A DNA stretch of 50,933 nt from a virus (taxonomy: Duplodnaviria > Caudoviricetes), in the IMG/VR virus record IMGVR_UViG_3300020042_005652, positions 1-50,933 of that record; one strand, 5' to 3'. The notes under the pieces are model-generated. The model saw nothing but the letters and a program-made list of their open reading frames with translations, had not been told where the DNA came from and searched no databases. A program made the translations under genes and the position numbers. Below are positions 43,559-50,933 of the stretch, one piece after another; the first letter of the stretch is position 1; each line of letters begins with the position of its first letter.

Positions 43559-44415
43559 CGTGGTCTGAAGAAATCACGATTACGAGCCTTGCGATCCTTT
43601 ATTTTTTGTTGAATTACTATGGCATCTTTCCGTGCTTGGGTTAGTTCATTACCCGTTAAAGGTCTTCCGTTTGCATCAACAAATACCCCATTTATCGTAC
43701 TCACCGACTTAGATAGTTTTTCTGTTGTTATTTGTTTTGGGGGTTGTGGGGGTTGTGTGGGTTGTGGGGGTTGTGGGGGTTGTGGGAGTTGTGATTGGTT
43801 TCCCGGAGTTGTTAAAAGCTGTTCATAATTCTCACACACAAATGTTACGCTCTTGATAGGAAAATCAGTATTTTCATAATCCATCGTATATCCCTCAACA
43901 GCGACGGGAAAAGCTCTTATAAATCGATATCCTTTTCTAAGCTTCCCATCATTGGTGTATTGCTTAACGGTAATTGTGGATTTGAGATTCACCCCACGCT
44001 CAATCAGACCTTTAATGCCAATGGCAATCTGCCAAGGACGGAAAAATTCATGCTCCAAATCCTGTCTTGTTTCCAGAAAGTTGATGGAAAATTGACGGGA
44101 GAGGAAATCAGCGCGAGAAGTCATGGCATACCCCGGTAGGAAACCACCATAGGAATCTCCTGCTCCCATGGGGGTGAAATTAGCACTCTCTTGAGGAATC
44201 ACCACCGCTTGCGCTGGGAGGATGGTGCCGCTCTTTGTCATGGCATTGGGAGAGATATTGGCTTTCCATTTCTGTCCAGCGTCCGAAAGAACGCTATTTA
44301 TTGATGATTCCATGACACCATCTATTGATACAGTCCACAATACTGGTATCGATAGGCAGTATTTAGCTTCACCAGAGAAAGCCTGAAGGAAATCATTGAT
44401 TTGTGGACCAGCCAT
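43555..44415 (-). CDS. tail-tube-like baseplate junction protein (gp54-like) with PQP linker
   Basis: INFLET, FFRPW, Y.F..AFPVAV, VTF..ENY; TAAATA upstream. Confidence 0.65.
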   Translation of the reverse strand: MAGPQINDFLQAFSGEAKYCLSIPVLWTVSIDGVMESSINSVLSDAGQKWKANISPNAMTKSGTILPAQAVVIPQESANFTPMGAGDSYGGFLPGYAMTSRADFLSRQFSINFLETRQDLEHEFFRPWQIAIGIKGLIERGVNLKSTITVKQYTNDGKLRKGYRFIRAFPVAVEGYTMDYENTDFPIKSVTFVCENYEQLLTTPGNQSQLPQPPQPPQPTQPPQPPKQITTEKLSKSVSTINGVFVDANGRPLTGNELTQARKDAIVIQQKIKDRKARNRDFFRPR

Positions 44416-44452
44416 ATGTTATTATTTAACTGGCTATTATGATTAGACGTTA

Positions 44453-45007
44453 TTATTCTAATCCGTTATAAAAATGATAAGAAAATGTGGCAGTGAAGTT
44501 AAGAATTTCACCAGTTCCATCTGCAATTGAATAGCCAATATCTCCGATATTTCTAAGGGATGCTCCCACAAGCTCAATAGTTTTGATTGTTTCCAATGGT
44601 CCACTTCCACGTTGGCATGGAATTTGAAGCACATCTAAAGTAATAATGGATTCAAATCCCGGCATACAAAGATTTCCTTGGGTAGTATTATTATCAAATA
44701 AAACTCTGCTTGCGCGTTCAAGCTTGGTGCGAATCTCCAATTGCTGATCAACATAGAATTCGACACTCCATCCCTCCGATCCCGGATAAGACGATTTACC
44801 ATTCAAATTGAAGGTTTGACCACTGAAGTTGACTTGCTTATTTTCGATATCTCTTCCCGGTAGAGATGCGCTACGAGCATAAATTAGATCGGTATCACCA
44901 TTTAAAGATAATCCAATGATATCAATTTGTTTGATGCGGAATAGGAAGTCTCTCGCAAATTGTTTTTGCGAAGCGATGTTCATGAAATTTTCAATTGTAG
45001 TAGCCAT
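44453..45007 (-). CDS. tail tube protein (gp19-like)
   Basis: ARSASLPG, V.F.G....G..SY, WSVEF, F.ATFSY; downstream of sheath. Confidence 0.8.
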   Translation of the reverse strand: MATTIENFMNIASQKQFARDFLFRIKQIDIIGLSLNGDTDLIYARSASLPGRDIENKQVNFSGQTFNLNGKSSYPGSEGWSVEFYVDQQLEIRTKLERASRVLFDNNTTQGNLCMPGFESIITLDVLQIPCQRGSGPLETIKTIELVGASLRNIGDIGYSIADGTGEILNFTATFSYHFYNGLE

Positions 45008-45012
45008 AATAT

Positions 45013-45018
45013 TATTTA
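45013..45018 (-). promoter_or_regulatory. T4-type late promoter core TAAATA (representative)
   Basis: TAAATA-N5-start at genes starting 8204,12137,35426,39292,41667,45007,48021,48665,48692; N6-8 at 32226,42429,44415,45390. Confidence 0.8.
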
Positions 45019-45033
45019 GTCATTTGGTTCAAA

Positions 45034-45390
45034 TTATGTGTAATTGAATATATGAGGCATTTTTGCAGCAATGTGCAGCCGTGCCTTCTTAACAACTTCC
45101 GGTTTTTTGGATATAAGTTCCGATACGAATTGTTTCATCTCCTCATCTGATATTTCCTTGTATTGATTCATCTTGGATCGAAAATATTTTTTCAATTCCT
45201 CTATCTGTAACATGTTATAGTCACGGAGACTGATCTTTGTTGGGATATCAGGTGTTATAGATTGGTAACGCTGATCTTCATCAGGTGTGGTCACATCGGG
45301 AAAATCAATGCCGCCATAATCCATGAAATCATGGGAAGCGACTGATTCTCCGATCATCTCCGCATAGATGTTTTGAAGGGCTTCATACAC
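45034..45390 (-). CDS. late hypothetical protein, possible internal head protein
   Basis: TAAATA-N6-GTG; LQNIYAEMIGES. Confidence 0.65.
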   Translation of the reverse strand: MYEALQNIYAEMIGESVASHDFMDYGGIDFPDVTTPDEDQRYQSITPDIPTKISLRDYNMLQIEELKKYFRSKMNQYKEISDEEMKQFVSELISKKPEVVKKARLHIAAKMPHIFNYT

Positions 45391-45642
45391 ATTAATTATT
45401 TAGTCTGTTATATTCAAAAACGAGATTACTACATTCTATGTCTTTATTAAAATCAACAATCTCTTGATATATTAATTTAAAACTTTTTTTAGCCTTTCTT
45501 TCACCGAAAGGTGTTCCGTTAGAAACAAATTGTTCTACAAATTATTTATTGTTCATATCTTTATTAAGCGTAACAGTTCTGTTATTGTAATTAGTATCAG
45601 ACTAAAGAAAAACGTCAATGTTTTATTGAAGTTTTTCTAAGA

Positions 45643-48021
45643 TTAAATCAACTCTTCAAAGTTCGCATCAGAGCGGGTAGCCGTAAAAGTTATCAAAATA
45701 AACTCGGCGGTTCTTGTCGGTTTGATCAGAATATCAACCTTAAGTTCATTAGTATCAATAACTTGAGGAGTATTATTCCTTTCGTCACAAACGATTAGAT
45801 AGTCGTAACAACCACCGTTCTGTTTCGCAAATTCAAAGATTGGCGTAAGAACATTCACCAAGCGAGTTCTAGTGAATTCGTTGTTGGGTTCAAACACGAA
45901 GAATTGTGCGGCTTTCTTAGTAGGTCTTTCCAGAGCGAGGAAGAGCCTACGAACATTGATACGATCAAATGCACTTGGTTTGCGGCTCATGGTCTTCTGA
46001 CCGAAGACAACCACACCTTGGGCGGAAGAGAACATGACAGGGTTGATGTTGATCTTGTAGAACTCATCGCGCTGTTTCTGATTTGGATTGATTGCAATGT
46101 CCAGAGCATTAGTCACTAAACCACGGGTAAATCCAGCGGGAGCAGACCATGGGAATTCCGCAGAATCACTGCGAGCCATGATAGCAGCTTGGTATCCAGA
46201 GAATGGAAGCCAGACCTTTTCACCTGTGAAATCATCATAAGCCAGAACCCAGTTACCATAGGTGGCAGCATAGGAAGTGTTTTCCAATTCAAATTGGTGG
46301 CGCATAGCCCAATACACATCCGTCTGGAAGTTCTTGGTTCTATCAGAGAGAATCTTGGTGTTTCTACCAGTGACAACAATGTGACGAATTGGATCAGCAA
46401 TGAACATACAATCACCCCGACCACCCGTATTACTTGGAAGGTTGCAGAAGTTCTCGAATTGGTTGAAGATTGCGCTGTAATTGGCACGAAGATCACTTGC
46501 GGTGGCGTTTAAGAAAATATCTTGAGAAGTTCTCAGGGAGTCCACTTTGGCTTTTAGAGCGGTAGTGTAGAGAGTATCATCATAGTAATAGGTTCCAGCA
46601 GCAGAAGCCATTGTGAAGATCGTTCCCAGACCCGCTTCAACAACCACATCAATGTCATAGATTTCGTCATTCTTGATGCTTTCCAGAGCGCGGTTAATCT
46701 TGGTTGGAACATTACCGATGATCTTTTCGGTGATCTGAACAGGATTGTAAGCACCAAGTGGATACAGAGCATTTGCGACTCCAACGCTTGTCCTAAGACC
46801 CGAAAGTGCGTGTGTATTGGCTACTATTAAATTAGCACTAAGAAGTGGGGTGGTAGCGTTAGTGGTTACAACACCTAATGCAGCGGAGATGCTTGCATAG
46901 TTAGTGGCAAGCAAACTATCAGTTACCACACGGATTTTCTTGGTTGGATTACCAGAGGCATCCAGCGAAGATTGGGTGAACTTGTTGGAGATGTATGGAT
47001 TGACCATGATTTCCACATTGCGGGAATTGGTATCCTGCGTCTCAAGGAAGAATGGAACGGATGGTCCACCATTTGGATTGAGTTGAGTTCTGAAAGTATC
47101 AATGGAACCCACGATACGGTCATCCAATACATAATCCAACTTGAATGCTTCAGTGGCATACACACTCTTGCGGAGCTTGAATACGCCAATGTTCAGAAGG
47201 TCATCATCTTCCCTACCGTCAATGTTGTAATCAGTAAGGTTCTCCATGACTTCGGAGATGCTGTTATCAGCACCAAGGAAAGCAGCAGAGAGATTGAATT
47301 GAAGCGTTCCGTTAGGAATCTGAGTGTAACTCGAAAGCGGACTACCAGTAAGGCTTGTGGTAAAAGCGCGGGTAATTGCGTCGAAATCCGACGCAGGGTT
47401 GAGATTTATATTATCAGCAATACCAACATAATAACCTTCAAATTGGCTATTGATCGTGGTTTGGGCTTTGTCAAAGACAATGGCACCAGCACCTGCCATT
47501 GCAGTTAAAGCCCTTGCTTTAGTGGTATAGTCGGTGAGAATTGATGCGGTGGAACTCCAATTAAAGAGTGTTCCTTCCATGGCTTGTGCAAATTCCGATT
47601 CCGTGAGAGTCACCTTAATAGGTGCCCCAAGGAAATATGTTCCAGCGGAAATATTGAGATTTGTCGTTGTGGTAGGTTCGTTAGCAGCAGCGGCGATAAC
47701 GGGATAAATAAGGGCGGAATATTGCGTTCCAAAACCATCACCAGTTCCCGATCCATATGGAAGACGGAAAGTGTAGATGTTTGCAGGAGAATTTAAAAGT
47801 TCCCTTACAGTGTAATAGAAATAACGTTCTGCGCTATTGGTGGGGGTTCCATAGATTGCTTCCAGTTCATCTCTAGTAGTGATTTTGATAACCTCATCAG
47901 AATATCCTTGAGGTGCATAACCTGCTACGAAAATATTAGTCCCTACATTCGCCTGTGCGACGAGACTTAAATCTCTCTCAAAAATTTCTACTCCTGCCGA
48001 ATTTATTGTGCGCGTTGCCAT
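45643..48021 (-). CDS. contractile tail sheath protein (gp18-like)
   Basis: SAGVEIFERDLS, PWSAPAGFTRG, RINVRRLF, FEPNNEFTR, CDERNNT, IKPTRTAEFI; start reassigned to 48021. Confidence 0.96.
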   Translation of the reverse strand: MATRTINSAGVEIFERDLSLVAQANVGTNIFVAGYAPQGYSDEVIKITTRDELEAIYGTPTNSAERYFYYTVRELLNSPANIYTFRLPYGSGTGDGFGTQYSALIYPVIAAAANEPTTTTNLNISAGTYFLGAPIKVTLTESEFAQAMEGTLFNWSSTASILTDYTTKARALTAMAGAGAIVFDKAQTTINSQFEGYYVGIADNINLNPASDFDAITRAFTTSLTGSPLSSYTQIPNGTLQFNLSAAFLGADNSISEVMENLTDYNIDGREDDDLLNIGVFKLRKSVYATEAFKLDYVLDDRIVGSIDTFRTQLNPNGGPSVPFFLETQDTNSRNVEIMVNPYISNKFTQSSLDASGNPTKKIRVVTDSLLATNYASISAALGVVTTNATTPLLSANLIVANTHALSGLRTSVGVANALYPLGAYNPVQITEKIIGNVPTKINRALESIKNDEIYDIDVVVEAGLGTIFTMASAAGTYYYDDTLYTTALKAKVDSLRTSQDIFLNATASDLRANYSAIFNQFENFCNLPSNTGGRGDCMFIADPIRHIVVTGRNTKILSDRTKNFQTDVYWAMRHQFELENTSYAATYGNWVLAYDDFTGEKVWLPFSGYQAAIMARSDSAEFPWSAPAGFTRGLVTNALDIAINPNQKQRDEFYKININPVMFSSAQGVVVFGQKTMSRKPSAFDRINVRRLFLALERPTKKAAQFFVFEPNNEFTRTRLVNVLTPIFEFAKQNGGCYDYLIVCDERNNTPQVIDTNELKVDILIKPTRTAEFILITFTATRSDANFEELI

Positions 48022-48059
48022 ATTACTATTTAGCAATTCTTTCACAAAAATTTCATTAG

Positions 48060-48665
48060 CTATGAAATCGTCTGATTATATCTATCACATCCCAACAATT
48101 CTATGTGCATTTGGGAGAATACAAAAGTAAATCCAGATTCAATTTCCATTGATCCGTCTTCCTGCTGAGAGAATTCTAAGGAATCTACGCTGGTAACAAA
48201 AGATTTGGTATATTTGAATTGTATTACCTTATTATCATACTCATCTAAACCATACATCGTAATATCCGTCTGGTAATCCGAAAAATTGCCATCCACTATG
48301 ATACCCTTTTCATTAAATTGACCCGTCTTTTGGTCATGTTGGAGATTCAGCCATTGATAAATTGCCCAATAATTATTATATCCACTATCTACCTTGAATT
48401 TGACGTTTACGGGAGGATATGGGTCTTTGCTATGGCTGGAAACATAAAGAGTATCTCCCGCATATCGGGCGGCAACCGCTTTGATTGTCAAACCCGGAAC
48501 CATCGTTCCATAGATGCTGAATTGCACACTATCTGGAATAATCGTGTTATCATTCCTTGTATAATTGGATTGTATTTTTTTAAGAATTGGGGGTAAATCG
48601 AAAACGAGAAGGAATTTATCCTTCCTGCTGCGATTTAGAAAGCTTTGGACGACTTCTTGTGGCAT
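48060..48665 (-). CDS. tail tube terminator / tail completion protein (gp3-like)
   Basis: VPGLTI, V.FKVD..YNNY..IYQWL, F.Y...F.TS...LEF; late promoter. Confidence 0.7.
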   Translation of the reverse strand: MPQEVVQSFLNRSRKDKFLLVFDLPPILKKIQSNYTRNDNTIIPDSVQFSIYGTMVPGLTIKAVAARYAGDTLYVSSHSKDPYPPVNVKFKVDSGYNNYWAIYQWLNLQHDQKTGQFNEKGIIVDGNFSDYQTDITMYGLDEYDNKVIQFKYTKSFVTSVDSLEFSQQEDGSMEIESGFTFVFSQMHIELLGCDRYNQTIS

Positions 48666-48691
48666 GTGATTATTTAACACTAAATATTATA

Positions 48692-49270
48692 ATGATAAAA
48701 TATTCTGAATATTTCAAATTATGGGAATCGTCTTCAAATACTATTGATATCCCATATATCATAGGCGATCAATATACAGCGGGGAGACATTCTTTTGGAG
48801 ATGAAGCTGAAACACCAGCAAAAGACCCCGCAAAATTTATAACTCCGACAATAGTATATAATGCGGATTGTTTGAAACAATTACTTGATAAATACGATGT
48901 TGATATTATCAATGTTGTTTACAAAAGATATGATTGGGGAAGTTACCACGAAAGGCAATTATATTGCCAAGCCCATTTACAAATATCGGAACCCGCCGAT
49001 ATAGACGATTATCATGGGATGATTGACGAATTGGAAAATTGTAAAATTGAAGATGATTACTACTTTCCGTTAGACAACCATAGAGCTAGAAGCACTGGTT
49101 ATGATATACAAACAACCCAATTTACTAATTTTGATGATATTTTAAAGAATTGGCAGGATATGGTGAAAGATTCTAAAATAAAAATACAAACAGGATCATC
49201 AGAGGATTTTTGGAAAAGAAAAATTTTAGACGCGCAAATGTCGATGAAAAAAGATTATGATGGGGATTGA
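48692..49270 (+). CDS. late hypothetical protein, possible internal head protein
   Basis: CTAAATA-N5-ATG at 48692; MIKYSEYFKLWES. Confidence 0.7.
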   Translation: MIKYSEYFKLWESSSNTIDIPYIIGDQYTAGRHSFGDEAETPAKDPAKFITPTIVYNADCLKQLLDKYDVDIINVVYKRYDWGSYHERQLYCQAHLQISEPADIDDYHGMIDELENCKIEDDYYFPLDNHRARSTGYDIQTTQFTNFDDILKNWQDMVKDSKIKIQTGSSEDFWKRKILDAQMSMKKDYDGD

Positions 49271-49279
49271 TTTTAAATT

Positions 49280-50923
49280 TTAACCAAAATATTTATCCAT
49301 TGCTGCCCATTGATCGGAAGAGATATTCCTTTCAGGATTGGAGAACACCGAATGATCAGGTAATTCCCATCCCGCAGCTTCCAACTCTGCCATATCATTC
49401 ATCATCGTGGAACCCGATCCTCCAAAAAGCATGGGGGATAGATTGGAGTGTTCAATCTTGGCAACCTCTTCATTGGTGTATATAGATGTGGATGATTTGT
49501 ATTGGTGAAGCCCCTGATCAATTGGTTTGATAACAAGAGGTTTATCACAATCGTCCAAGGCTTCAACTTCAAAATATAATTCCGTGATGTCCTTATAAAG
49601 TGCCATCAATGCCCACACGAATGCCATCACACGGTCATCATGTTCCCCGTTTTTTGCTTTCCAAGAGCCATTGGGGTATCGCACAAATGTCTTAAACTCT
49701 TTCAGGGTGTCAATATTGTGAAATGTTATGGATTGCGCTTCATTGACAAAATATCTTTGGTTCTCCACTGCTTTGTATTTGGTATTCATGTGGGAGATCA
49801 TACCATTCTGTTTGTTCTTATGTGCTTCCTTGGCACCCCAAGACACAAGGTTCTGATACATATGTGTATTTGCCAGAGTATCACATACTCCCGTTCCTTG
49901 ATTATTACGCTCAATTAACAATAAAGGATTTCCCCAATTTCCACAAACATCCACCACTTCATTGGTAAATTCAGATGGTCCTTTTGTATTTGTCCAATAT
50001 TCCGCAACTTGTATGATTTCCTTGGGATTGGTGACATCCAGAATTTGGAGAACTGATGCATCCAACCCAACACCTTCGGAAACGTCTCCTCCAATGACAT
50101 ATATTTTTTCAGGATCGTATTCTTCCCATATTTTATAAGCACCTTCTTTGAGAACATGTTTGGGATCGCGGCATTCATTTTTAAGACGGTCAAACAAGGC
50201 TTCATCAATGGATTGTTGACTATTATCTAAGAAAACATTTCCAAATTCTTGTTGGAAAGATTCAAAAGAACCAAGAGCCTTAATTTGTTTTTGTTTCCAT
50301 TCTTCGTCACGACCCGGAATCTCATCCCATTCAATCCTCAATGGATTGAATCCATTCTCACCTTTTACAGCACCAGTATAAATTTTATGAAAAAGATTAC
50401 CAGTTCCGTTGGGGGTAGATGCGACAATAATCTTAGATGTCTTGGAACGAGAAATTGTGGGGTAAACAGACTTCCAAAATTCATCAACAACATGTTCCTC
50501 CAAAAATCCTAATTCATCAATAATTAACATGTTGAGTGATGTTCCACGAATTGCGCTACCCGTAGTAGTAGAAATACTGATGCGACTACCATTATCAAAC
50601 ATACAACCAGTTTTACCATATTCTTCAACTCCCGGCTTTAACCAGTTTGGAAGTTCTTCATATGCTAATCTGACCCTTCTGAAAATTTCAATAGCAGTTG
50701 CTTCTTTGTTAGCTACGATAATGATGCTTTTATATGGTTTGAAACAAGCCTCATGTAGAGCAGCAATCGTCATAAGCGTTGACTTGGACGCTTGACGGGG
50801 GCTAAGAAGACATGAAAATCTGTGGTTAAATATACCATTCAATACTCTCAAGTGTGTTGGCGGATAACAAGATTTATACACAAAATTCCGATGAAATTGT
50901 GCAAAGAGATGTATTCCCCCCAT
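49280..50923 (-). CDS. terminase large subunit (T4 gp17-like), 5' end abnormal
   Basis: PRQASKST Walker A, IRGTS, IIDELGF Walker B, STPNG, FQQEF, DVSEGVGLD, IERNN, HDDRVMA. Confidence 0.95.
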   Translation of the reverse strand: MGGIHLFAQFHRNFVYKSCYPPTHLRVLNGIFNHRFSCLLSPRQASKSTLMTIAALHEACFKPYKSIIIVANKEATAIEIFRRVRLAYEELPNWLKPGVEEYGKTGCMFDNGSRISISTTTGSAIRGTSLNMLIIDELGFLEEHVVDEFWKSVYPTISRSKTSKIIVASTPNGTGNLFHKIYTGAVKGENGFNPLRIEWDEIPGRDEEWKQKQIKALGSFESFQQEFGNVFLDNSQQSIDEALFDRLKNECRDPKHVLKEGAYKIWEEYDPEKIYVIGGDVSEGVGLDASVLQILDVTNPKEIIQVAEYWTNTKGPSEFTNEVVDVCGNWGNPLLLIERNNQGTGVCDTLANTHMYQNLVSWGAKEAHKNKQNGMISHMNTKYKAVENQRYFVNEAQSITFHNIDTLKEFKTFVRYPNGSWKAKNGEHDDRVMAFVWALMALYKDITELYFEVEALDDCDKPLVIKPIDQGLHQYKSSTSIYTNEEVAKIEHSNLSPMLFGGSGSTMMNDMAELEAAGWELPDHSVFSNPERNISSDQWAAMDKYFG

Positions 50924-50933
50924 CTACAGGAGG

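Noticed and set aside
43740-43795. 9-bp GGGGTTGTG repeats as regulatory or G-quadruplex element
   Set aside because: They encode the PQP linker of the gp54-like protein.

Overview
About 51 kb of a large T4-like (contractile-tailed) bacteriophage genome, almost entirely coded on the minus strand. The right third (35.4-50.9 kb) is a morphogenesis block: large terminase, gp3-like tail terminator, tail sheath, tail tube, baseplate and tape-measure-like genes and a probable displaced small terminase. Many of these genes have a T4-type late promoter core TAAATA exactly 5 nt before the start codon. The middle (13-35 kb) holds accessory genes: RadA-like ATPase, histidine phosphatase, DenV-like glycosylase, YopX, RNA ligase, two metallophosphoesterases, a SET-domain protein, glutaredoxin, RlpA, a zincin and RmlB. 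It also holds a 7-member family of variable 23-aa HRLDGPA-repeat proteins. The left 13 kb is an array of tiny single-gene units and tRNAs. Nearly every unit is bounded by the same 10-bp element TAAAAACTAG (about 45 copies in the window by manual count), which usually supplies the stop codon of the upstream gene and heads a -10 box placed 6 nt before the next ATG (predicted leaderless). Other oddities: four Ala-rich repeat cassettes, 8 tRNA genes (three Arg-UCU, Ile-UAU beside Ile2-CAU, long-arm Thr), two parS-like palindromes, a canonical-looking integron attC site among baseplate genes, and an apparently interrupted 5' end of the terminase. All calls are by eye; no database searches were run.
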